Shown piece after piece: positions 1 to 11,036 of a DNA stretch of 64,000 nucleotides. Position 1 is the first letter of the stretch. Every line of letters begins with the position of its first letter. The translations under genes were made by a program, and so were the position numbers. Where the stretch lies: contig JBBCAW010000005.1 of the NCBI GenBank assembly GCA_051382295.1, positions 62,367 to 126,366 on the forward strand, in the 5' to 3' direction. The notes under the pieces were generated by a model. It was not told the DNA's origin. It saw only the letters and a program-made list of their open reading frames with translations, and searched no databases. This DNA comes from Bdellovibrionota bacterium FG-1 (GTDB taxonomy: Bacteria > Bdellovibrionota > UBA1018).

Positions 1-86
1 TGAGTCCCTATTTTTTGCTTTAGTTTTTTAAGCCATCGACGAAAAGAATAGTGTTCGGCCTTGCGACCGTTCTTCTTGTTTTTCAT
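1..86 (-). CDS. Small basic peptide, array copy 1 (partial, runs off window): MKNKKNGRKAEHYSFRRWLKKLKQKIGT...
   Basis: ATG at 86 preceded by AAAGGAGGT; visible residues identical to copy 2, with two synonymous nucleotide differences. Confidence 0.8.
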   Translation of the reverse strand, partial: MKNKKNGRKAEHYSFRRWLKKLKQKIGT

Positions 87-157
87 CGGGGTTACCTCCT
101 TTCTTGTGAAAAGGGGGTAGCTCCATCTTTCCTGTCCGATTTGGCAGGGACCCATTG

Positions 158-174
158 AGCAACTTCAGTGCCAG
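158..174 (-). promoter_or_regulatory. sigma54 (RpoN) -24/-12 promoter, array unit 1
   Basis: Minus strand CTGGCACTGAAGTTGCT matches YTGGCAC-N5-TTGCW with exact GG-N10-GC spacing. Confidence 0.85.
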
Positions 175-298
175 CGTTATCGCGATTTTCTCGATGTTTT
201 TGCTGGAGTTTGGTTCGATACGCGGTGAGTGCGGCTGAAAGTCGGATCAGTGAATTGCAGTCTTCTTCAAAAGCTGAGTGCTAAGCGCTGATGGCTCT

Positions 299-362
299 AA
301 AAAAACCAAACCGGACAGCTCCCATCCATGAGAACTCCAGTTGCGCTGCACCCCGAGCCTCC
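299..362 (-). terminator. Conserved 3' tail of unit 2: stem-loop, CATGGATG mini-hairpin, 13-nt segment complementary to the 5' leader, then a U-tract
   Basis: Minus strand GAGGCTC...GAGTTCTCATGGATGGGAGCTGTCCGGTTTGGTTTTTTT; near-identical copy at 742-804. Confidence 0.55.
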
Positions 363-515
363 TCATTGATGATCTAGATAGAACAGAACCAACTTGGCTA
401 AAAACCACAAAAACTGGGATAGAATTTTTTGAGTCCCTATTTTTTGCTTTAGTTTTTTAAGCCATCGACGAAAAGAATAATGTTCGGCCTTGCGACCGTT
501 CTTCTTGTTCTTCAT
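363..515 (-). CDS. 50-aa basic/hydrophobic peptide, array copy 2; putative type I toxin-like membrane peptide
   Basis: MKNKKNGRKAEHYSFRRWLKKLKQKIGTQKILSQFLWFLAKLVLFYLDHQ; SD AAAGGAGGT 7 nt upstream of ATG 515. The upstream ATG at 584 lies before the predicted sigma54 start site. Confidence 0.8.
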   Translation of the reverse strand: MKNKKNGRKAEHYSFRRWLKKLKQKIGTQKILSQFLWFLAKLVLFYLDHQ

Positions 516-586
516 CGGGGTTACCTCCTTTCTCATTAAAAGGGGGTAGCTCCATCTTTCCTGTCCGATTTGGCAGGGACCCATAG

Positions 587-603
587 AGCAAGGTTGGTGC
601 CAG
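587..603 (-). promoter_or_regulatory. sigma54 -24/-12 promoter, array unit 2
   Basis: Minus strand CTGGCACCAACCTTGCT. Confidence 0.85.
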
Positions 604-741
604 ATTTATGTGCAACTTCCGGGGGTTTTTGCCTGGGGGTTGGTTCGATACGCGGTGGGATGGTCGAAAATCGGATCAAATGCTGAAGTGATCTTCTTCT
701 TCGAAGGCTGAGAGCTAAGCGCTGATAGCTGATTGCTCTAG

Positions 742-804
742 AAAAACCAAATCGGACAGCTCCCATCCATGAGAACTCCGGTTGCGCTGCACCCAGAGCA
801 CTCC
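742..804 (-). terminator. Conserved 3' tail of unit 3
   Basis: Homologous to 299-362; CTGTCCGATTTGG followed by TTTTT on the minus strand. Confidence 0.55.
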
Positions 805-960
805 TCACGGCTGTCTTAGATAGTAGGATATTGCATCGGCTAGAATCACTAAAACCTTGGCTAAGACGTAGAGTCGCCAAGATTTCAATTTAAGTTTTTC
901 CAGCCGAATCCGAGACGAATAATGTTCGTTGGTCTTACGACCAATTTGTTTATTCTTCAT
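805..960 (-). CDS. 51-aa basic/hydrophobic peptide, array copy 3 (diverged C-terminus)
   Basis: MKNKQIGRKTNEHYSSRIRLEKLKLKSWRLYVLAKVLVILADAISYYLRQP; same SD and leader; length and charge/hydropathy pattern kept despite DNA divergence. Confidence 0.8.
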   Translation of the reverse strand: MKNKQIGRKTNEHYSSRIRLEKLKLKSWRLYVLAKVLVILADAISYYLRQP

Positions 961-1031
961 CGGGGTTACCTCCTTTCTTGTTAAAAGGGGGTAGCTCCAT
1001 CTTTCCTGTCCGATTTGGCAGCGACCCATCG

Positions 1032-1048
1032 AGCAAAGTTGGTGCCAG
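1032..1048 (-). promoter_or_regulatory. sigma54 -24/-12 promoter, array unit 3
   Basis: Minus strand CTGGCACCAACTTTGCT. Confidence 0.85.
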
Positions 1049-1214
1049 GTTTATGTGCAACTTCCTGGGGTTTTTGCTGGAGTTTGGTTCGATACCCGAT
1101 GAGGATGGCCGAAAATCGGATCAGTGATGGGGTGAATAGGACAGAAAGCCGGGATGGCGTGTGGGTGTATTCTGAGTGGCATGGGCCCGCAAGCTCTGGT
1201 CGTTGAGCAGTATC

Positions 1215-1292
1215 TACTGCCGCGCGGAGGCAGCTCGTGGCGTTCACCCCGACCTCGGCGCAGTGTACTGCCGCGCGGAGGCAGCTCGTGGC
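1215..1292. repeat. Two direct copies of a 27-bp REP-like palindrome TACTGCCGCGCGGAGGCAGCTCGTGGC
   Basis: Exact copies at 1215-1241 and 1266-1292; internal CTGCC/GGCAG hairpin; third copy inverted at 57580-57603. Confidence 0.85.
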
Positions 1293-1371
1293 ACTCACTC
1301 CGAGCTGCTCGCTTTAAAAAGTTGCTCTAAATGCAGACTTAGGTTTCACTACTGACGGGAGGTTTCCGAAA

Positions 1372-1749
1372 ATGGCAGCTCAAGTGGCCCCAAAAAGTGG
1401 CGAATTTCTGGATGGTAAGCTTTGGTTCGAGCGTAAGGGTAAGACCGTGACGCTTGGCATCACTAGTTTCGCCGTAGAGGAAGTCGGCGAGGTTCAGAGT
1501 ATTGAATTTCCGGATGAGGGCACCGATTTTGTCAAAGGCGACACCGTGCTCACGGTTGAAGGCGCCAACGGAAAGCTCGAAGTCATTGCTCCGGCAACAG
1601 GGATTATTCAAGAGGTGAACGAAGCCGCTCGTGCGGAGCCGGACATGGTTTCGGATGATCCTCTCGAGGAAGGTTGGCTCATTAAACTTGAAATCGAAGA
1701 CACCTCGGATCTCTCAGAGTTCCAAGCCGAAGAAGACGAAGAAAGCTGA
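1372..1749 (+). CDS. Glycine cleavage H protein-like (GcvH fold), lipoyl-lysine apparently substituted
   Basis: GITSFA..VG.V..IEFP, APATG.I.EVN and DPLEEGWLIKL motifs; canonical ESVK position reads EGAN. Confidence 0.85.
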   Translation: MAAQVAPKSGEFLDGKLWFERKGKTVTLGITSFAVEEVGEVQSIEFPDEGTDFVKGDTVLTVEGANGKLEVIAPATGIIQEVNEAARAEPDMVSDDPLEEGWLIKLEIEDTSDLSEFQAEEDEES

Positions 1750-1759
1750 CGCGGGCGGG

Positions 1760-2965
1760 TTGCTCGCGAGTTTTCAGCCCGGCTTGGCCGAAGCGCTTTC
1801 GGTAGGGCATCAGCCTTTGGCCGAACTTGCGCCGCGCGACGAAGCTTTGTTTCGTGCTTTTCAGGCTAATTTACTTTCACTCATTTCGCATGAGCTTCGT
1901 ACCCCGCTCATGGGCGTTTTAAACGCCCTTAGTCTGATCGAAGAGCGCAGCGGGCCCGAGCATGAGGCCGCCGAATGGGTTCGGATGGCGCGTGAAAATG
2001 CGCAGCGCCTTCAACGCGCACTTGCGGCGCTTCTGGATCTAGCTGCGATCGAAAGCGGGAGCTTTCACGCCCGACTCCGTGAGGTCGATTTAGGAAGAAT
2101 CGCCCAAGGACGGCTGGATGCTTTTGGTGCCCAATTTCCGGAGGCCAAGGGGCGGATCGAAGTGCTGCCAGGCGAACACAGTGATTCGGACTCGTCTCAC
2201 GGGGGTCCCATTTTAGCGGATCCTCAAAAACTGGGGCGCGCCATCGATTTATGTTTTCAACTTTGGTTGTCCAAAGGAGCCTTGGGGCAGAACTTACAGC
2301 TTCGGATATCCTTTAGCTCCGTCCGCCTTTCCTTTGCTTTGCGCGATGATATCGCACCGCTCTGGGATGCGGCCTGGAGTCAGGCCTTGGCAGGGTTTCA
2401 AGGGGGCGTGGCTTCGCCGGGATCTGCGTTTTCTGGAGTCCTTCAGTCCGAGCGCGAGTTTTTGTCTCGAATGGAAGAAGGCCTTGGGAGCGAGTTTTTG
2501 CTGATCCACCAGATCATGCTTCTGCATCGAGGGGAGTTTATCGCTGCGCATGGGCCGAACCAGGATCATGAGCAGATCATTTTGACTCTCGAGCTGCCAG
2601 AGCTCGCGAGCGAAGAGGGCCTAAAGGCCGTCCTCGCATCAAGGGCTTACTCGGTTTCGACCGAGTTGGGTTCGGTGGCCCTCATTTTGATCGAAATTCC
2701 GTCGTCGGCGCACGAGTCCCAGGACGAATCGACCTGGGTGAATGAAATTCGAAAGCACCTCTTTCGCTCCTCCGACGCCGTTTATTGGCTCAAAAAGCGT
2801 CGGCAAGTGGCGCTGATTCTCGAGGATTGTCGACCCGAGGATGCTCCGCGGCTGATGAGGCGGATCGAGGGTGGGAAGCCACTCAAATTTGGCGTTGCTC
2901 ATTGTCCGGACGATGGACTTGATCCCTCGCTGCTTCTGCCTTTGGCTGAGGGGCGCATGCGGTGA
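1760..2965 (+). CDS. Sensorless histidine kinase-like protein (HisKA + degenerate HATPase + degenerate GGDEF-like C-terminus); start uncertain
   Basis: H-box SHELRTPL; GLG..LIHQIMLLHRGEF resembles the HATPase end; RSSDAV...GVAHCPDDG..LLPLA resembles a GGDEF fold without the GGDEF motif. Frame is open from 1631; TTG at 1760 follows the gcvH-like stop. Confidence 0.75.
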   Translation: MLASFQPGLAEALSVGHQPLAELAPRDEALFRAFQANLLSLISHELRTPLMGVLNALSLIEERSGPEHEAAEWVRMARENAQRLQRALAALLDLAAIESGSFHARLREVDLGRIAQGRLDAFGAQFPEAKGRIEVLPGEHSDSDSSHGGPILADPQKLGRAIDLCFQLWLSKGALGQNLQLRISFSSVRLSFALRDDIAPLWDAAWSQALAGFQGGVASPGSAFSGVLQSEREFLSRMEEGLGSEFLLIHQIMLLHRGEFIAAHGPNQDHEQIILTLELPELASEEGLKAVLASRAYSVSTELGSVALILIEIPSSAHESQDESTWVNEIRKHLFRSSDAVYWLKKRRQVALILEDCRPEDAPRLMRRIEGGKPLKFGVAHCPDDGLDPSLLLPLAEGRMR

Positions 2966-3585
2966 GTGTCGGGAAACCCGCGATGAAGTCCCAGGCAATG
3001 CGCTCTTTGCTCGTGGCGGGGCTTCTTCCGGTCATCGCATTTACGTTGATCGAAGAATATTACGGCACCCTTGCTGGGCTGGTCGCCGGAATGGTTTTTG
3101 GGGTGGGCGAGATTCTTTACGAATGGCGGACGCAGGGGCGGGTGGACGCCATGACCTGGGGTGGGAACGGTTTATTGCTCACACTGGGAGCGGTTTCGCT
3201 TCTGACTGACCAAGGCGTTTGGTTTAAATTGCAGCCCTCGATCATGGAGGCTTTTATGGCCCTGGTTTTGGCGGGGTCGGTGATTTTAGGAAAGCCTCTG
3301 CTGACCGGCATGATCGAAAAACAGTTCAAGGCGCAAGGGCGTGAAATTCAAGGGCTTGCCCCTCAGTTTCGGCAGGGCTTAACAGGGATGACCTGGCGGA
3401 TGGCCGTGTTTTTGGCATTGCATGCAGCTTTGGCCGGATGGGCGGCGCTGAGATGGTCGACCGCAGCCTGGGCGGCGCTCAAGGGGTTGGGGTTTACCTT
3501 GAGCTTTGTGCTTTACCTAGTGGTCGAAAGCCTTGTTTTAAGGTATAGACTCGCTTCCGGAAAACGCGAAAACCACTATGAATAA
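2962..3585 (+). CDS. YciB/IspZ-family inner membrane protein
   Basis: Multi-TM protein; WFKLQPSI, GKPL, W..WAALK motifs. Confidence 0.75.
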   Translation: MSVGKPAMKSQAMRSLLVAGLLPVIAFTLIEEYYGTLAGLVAGMVFGVGEILYEWRTQGRVDAMTWGGNGLLLTLGAVSLLTDQGVWFKLQPSIMEAFMALVLAGSVILGKPLLTGMIEKQFKAQGREIQGLAPQFRQGLTGMTWRMAVFLALHAALAGWAALRWSTAAWAALKGLGFTLSFVLYLVVESLVLRYRLASGKRENHYE

Positions 3586-4989
3586 TGAGAAGTTACCAGA
3601 AAAATTTTTTATCCGCACCTTTGGCTGCCAAATGAACGTGTCTGACACTGAGCGGATGACCGCTCTGTTGGCCGAGCAGGGGATGGAGCCGACCGCAAAG
3701 GTCGATGAGGCCGCTTTGATTATTATTAACGGCTGTACCGTTCGTGAGAAGGCCGTACATAAGGCGGTTTCGACACTGGGCACTTATCAAGGGCTGCGTT
3801 TAGAAGGTAAAAAACCCCTCATCGGGGTGGGGGGCTGCGTGGGGCAGCTCGATAAAGCCGGATTGTTCAAGCGGGCACCTTACCTGGATTTTGTTTTTGG
3901 AACGGACACGATTGATAATCTTCCGGAGATTGTGCATCGCGTGCGTAATGGTGAGCGCCATATCGTGTACGCCGATTTTGACAAGTCGATGGATTATTCG
4001 ACTGAAACCAAAGTTTTCGGTCAAAAAGCGCAGGCTTTTGTCAATATCATGAAGGGCTGCGATAAGTTTTGCACCTATTGCATTGTTCCGTTCACGCGCG
4101 GGCGTGAAAAATCCCGCACGATGAGTGAAGTGGTGGACGACGTTGCACGCTTAGTGGCGCAGGGGGTTCGCGAGGTGACCCTGCTCGGGCAAAACGTTAA
4201 TTCGTACGGGAAGGACAAGCCGGGCGAAAAGTTTCCGGATCTTCTTCACGCAATCGATACAGATTCTCGATGTAGCAATTTGAAGCGGATTCGGTTTACC
4301 TCGAGTCATCCTTTGGACTTTAGCGATGAGCTGGTGGAATGCTATGAATCTCCTGAAAAGGGAGGCGTGGCGCGCCTCGCCACTCATTTGCATCTTCCCG
4401 TGCAAAGTGGAAATGACCGGGTCCTTCAGAAAATGGGGCGACATCATAAAATTGAGACCTACATCGCACAGATGGATCGGCTTCGCGAAATCAACCCGGA
4501 TATCGGGCTTTCGACGGATCTGATTGTGGGCTTTCCGACGGAAACCGACGAAGAATTCGAAGACACGCTCCGGCTTTTGGATCGAGTGCCTTACGACAAT
4601 ATTTATGCGTTTGCGTACTCGGAGCGGCCGGGGACTCGCGCCGCCAAATTGCCGGATGATGTGCCGTTGAAAGTTAAAAATGAGCGCCTGAATCGCCTAC
4701 TGAATTATCATGGTAAAATCGCCGAAAAAAGTTATGCCGTTCGCATTGGCAAAACCCTGGAGATTTTGGTGGAGGGTGAGGCAAAAAATCAAAAACTCGC
4801 CGGTGGTAAAAACGCACCCACGGCCGGTCCTCGCGTTTGGACCGGACATACTTCGTGTAATCGCATCGTCAATTTTGCATGGGATAGTCCCCGGAGTTTG
4901 GTGGGACGTTTTGCGCACGTCAAAATCACCTCGGCCACGGCATTTTCGCTGCAGGGCGAACTTCAAGAGCAACGGTTAGGAGCGGACGA

Positions 4990-4993
<4 letters not shown>
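3578..4993 (+). CDS. miaB: tRNA-i6A37 methylthiotransferase MiaB
   Basis: TFGCQMN, radical SAM CDKFCTYC, HLPVQSG, C-terminal TRAM domain. Confidence 0.97.
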
Positions 4994-8710
<3,717 letters not shown>

Positions 8711-8738
8711 GGGGTTTAGAACGCTGGGGGCGCCGTTT

Positions 8739-9743
8739 TTAAAATTTAATCTTGCGAATAAAATGGCAGGTATACCCATGCGGATGGTGGGCTAGATACT
8801 TTTGATGGTCGTCTTCAGCTCTTACGAATGATTTGGCGGGTACGATCTGTGTGACGATCGGTTTGCCCCATTTTCCGGATTTTTCAACGCGTTTTTTGAC
8901 GGTCTCCGCCACACGTTTTTGTTCTTCGTCGGCATAAAAAATCGCTGATCGGTATTGGGTGCCGGTATCATTGCCCTGACGGTTGCTGGTGGTGGGGTCA
9001 TGCATCTTGAAAAAGCGGAGTAAAATTTCCTCGTAACTCAGCCTTTTGGGGTCAAAAAGGATTTGAACCGATTCGGCATTGCCTGTATTACCCTTTTTGA
9101 CCTCGTCATAGGTCGATTTGGCGGCATCACCGCCCGCGTAGCCTGCTTGGGTTTCGACGACTCCTGGGATCTGGCGGAGCAGGTCTTCCATTCCCCAAAA
9201 ACAACCTCCCGCGAGAGTAGCGGTTTTCCACTGTTCCTTTTCAGCAAATGCAAAAAGATATTTTCCATATCCTTCGTCTTTCATCTGGGCTAACGGCACG
9301 AAACGGAGCGAAGCTGAATTCATGCAAAAACGTTTGCCGGTAGGCAAGGGGCCATCATCAAAAACATGGCCTAGGTGTGAGTCTGCCCGAGAAGAGCGGA
9401 TTTCTGTCCGTTCTACACCGAGTTTGCGGTCGCTTTTAGTCTGAACTGCACCCGATTCGATCGGCCGAGTAAAGCTCGGCCAGCCGGTGCCGGAGTCGAA
9501 TTTGTCCAACGAGCTAAAGAGGGGTTGCCCGCTGATCACGTCGACGTAAATTCCGTCTTCATGCTGATCCCAGAATGGGTTTTCAAAGGGACGTTCGGTG
9601 CCTTCTTCTTGGGTACATTTGTATTGCTGCGGGGTCAGTTTTGCGCGAAGTTCCGTGGCGGTCGGCTTTTTGTAAGCGGGGGTATTGTTATCAGCCATGA
9701 CGTTGAACACTCCCAGTACGATAAAAACGAGGTTAAGCAGCAT
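8739..9743 (-). CDS. msrAB: Bifunctional methionine sulfoxide reductase, MsrB-MsrA order, with hydrophobic N-terminus
   Basis: SGTGWPSF, HLGHVFDDGP, RFCMNS (MsrB); GGCFWG, AEDDHQKY, GYTCH (MsrA). Confidence 0.95.
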   Translation of the reverse strand: MLLNLVFIVLGVFNVMADNNTPAYKKPTATELRAKLTPQQYKCTQEEGTERPFENPFWDQHEDGIYVDVISGQPLFSSLDKFDSGTGWPSFTRPIESGAVQTKSDRKLGVERTEIRSSRADSHLGHVFDDGPLPTGKRFCMNSASLRFVPLAQMKDEGYGKYLFAFAEKEQWKTATLAGGCFWGMEDLLRQIPGVVETQAGYAGGDAAKSTYDEVKKGNTGNAESVQILFDPKRLSYEEILLRFFKMHDPTTSNRQGNDTGTQYRSAIFYADEEQKRVAETVKKRVEKSGKWGKPIVTQIVPAKSFVRAEDDHQKYLAHHPHGYTCHFIRKIKF

Positions 9744-9857
9744 ATTAGCCTTTTTGCGAAGCGCGTTCTTGAAATCTTACTTAGCTTTGCAAGCTCGGAA
9801 TGTTTTAGTGACTCGGGCCGGGCTGGGCATTGAATTCAAGAGGTTTGTATCGAAAGT

Positions 9858-10190
9858 TCAGGCGACCAATAGTTCCAGCACTGCTGGATTCAAAGAAAGA
9901 AGTTGCAACAGTCTTGCCGCCGCTCCTGAAGGGGTCTTTTGGCCCTGCTCCCAAGAACGAACCGTAGACGGTGTGACGTTCAGCAAAGCCGCGAAAAGAG
10001 GCTGACTTAAGCCACAGCCTTCCTTTCGTAAGCGGCGAATGGCAGCGGCTGTCCACTTCGGTGCTGGGCCAGGTACTTCTACCGCGTGTTCCTTGGCTTT
10101 TAATTGACCCTTGCTATACCGAATGGCCTCATGCAATCCCTGCCTAAGTCCTTCGGCCATTGATTTAGGTTCCCGTTTATCGGATGCCAT
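9858..10190 (-). CDS. XRE-family HTH protein, HigA-like antitoxin
   Basis: IRRLR...LSQPLFAALLNVTPSTVRSWEQG.KTPSGAAARLL; AGGAG SD before ATG 10190. Confidence 0.85.
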   Translation of the reverse strand: MASDKREPKSMAEGLRQGLHEAIRYSKGQLKAKEHAVEVPGPAPKWTAAAIRRLRKEGCGLSQPLFAALLNVTPSTVRSWEQGQKTPSGAAARLLQLLSLNPAVLELLVA

Positions 10191-10201
10191 AAAGCTCACT
10201 C

Positions 10202-10275
10202 CTAATTATTGAGAATTTCAGCTTCAATCGTTCGAAGAAGGTCGTCTCCTCCCCGATCAAAAAGACGCGTTTCAT
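10202..10275 (-). pseudogene. Remnant of a RelE/HigB-like toxin gene
   Basis: MKRVF start, then in another frame DRGGDDLLRTIEAEILNN-stop, resembling the HigB-2 N-terminal helix; lies directly upstream of the HigA-like gene. Confidence 0.5.
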
Positions 10276-10289
10276 ACTCACACACAGTG

Positions 10290-10314
10290 TGACATAATAC
10301 CTGGTGTTATGTCA
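10290..10314. promoter_or_regulatory. Inverted-repeat operator overlapping a minus-strand TTGACA
   Basis: TGACATAATAC-CTG-GTGTTATGTCA (10 of 11 paired). Confidence 0.65.
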
Positions 10315-10637
10315 AGGCCGGTCAGCAAGCTGTATATTGGAAAGTTAAAGTGCGGGCCAAGCCAACGAAATATGTTTAAAGCAAGCTGGACGTTATTCGA
10401 TCCAGCTCTATTGATCCCCGTTTTCTCTCCGACCGCAGCCGCTCTCCGGAAATCTCAAAGACTCCCGGCTCAGTGAAAGGTGAAATAGGGTTTTGTGGAT
10501 CTTGGACGTTAGCCAGACTTCCTTAGATGCCAAACCGATTGAGAAGCGGCTCCATCGCGTCCGCCATCGGTCGAAGATCGGTCGCAAGCAGAAGGCCCCC
10601 ACTATTTTCAAGCCAGCGTCCTGCCAGTTCGGACCCA

Positions 10638-11036
10638 TTACCAGCGCGTGGGATTAGCGGTATGGTCTACTCCCTGTACTTCCCAGAACATGCAATACAT
10701 ATCCGGACGGACTTCCTTTTGGCAGATATCAAAACTCATGTATTGGTAGCCCTGATCTCCAGCCTGCGGCCCCCAGCTGTTTTTAATGATGAAATAGCCG
10801 CCACTCTTGATCTTGGGATCCAAATGGTAGCCCACGATCGCCACCGCATGGCCACCTTTGGTCCAAGCGGAGTCCGAGCAAATGACGGATTCATGTCTTC
10901 CCATTCCGGCGGGCACGCGCAGGCCGACATATACCGGATTGCCACGATTCAAAGCGGCCAAAGCTTCATCCACGCTTCCCAATGTGGGTATTCGGCTCAG
11001 GCTTGTGGTGGCATGGTCCATATAATCCGCTATCAA
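10638..11036 (-). pseudogene. C-terminal fragment of a papain-family (C1) cysteine peptidase
   Basis: GGHAVAIVGY and FIIKNSWG..GDQGY motifs; no catalytic-Cys motif, in-frame stop just upstream. Confidence 0.75.

Larger units (their letters stand above)
1..1127 (-). repeat. Tandem array of at least 3 units (periods 429 and 445 bp), each a promoter-leader-small ORF-3' tail cassette; truncated by the window's left edge
   Basis: Block TTCATCGGGGTTACCTCCTTTCT...AAAAGGGGGTAGCTCCATCTTTCCTGTCCGATTTGGCAG recurs at ~82-147, ~511-576 and ~956-1021. The 3' tail block recurs at ~299-362 and ~742-804. Start codons at 86, 515, 960. Confidence 0.97.

Noticed and set aside
363..584. 73-74 aa extended versions of the array ORFs (MGPCQ.../MGRCQ...)
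   Set aside because: Those ATGs lie between the -12 element and the predicted start site and have no SD; the internal ATG has AAAGGAGGT.
1086..1097. GGTTCGATACC as a tRNA T-arm
   Set aside because: Only 2 bp of stem, and no acceptor, D or anticodon arms around it.
1..1127. Array as a CRISPR or IS cluster
   Set aside because: Units are ~430-445 bp with homologous, not unique, intervening sequence; no cas or transposase gene is visible.
536..1298. ORFs 536-880, 981-1298 and 1015-1206 as genes
   Set aside because: They cross promoter and repeat DNA, lack SDs and are not kept as equivalent frames across units.
10527..11012. 5' part of the 268-aa plus-strand ORF
   Set aside because: Mostly antisense to the clear C1 peptidase motifs; treated as a shadow frame.
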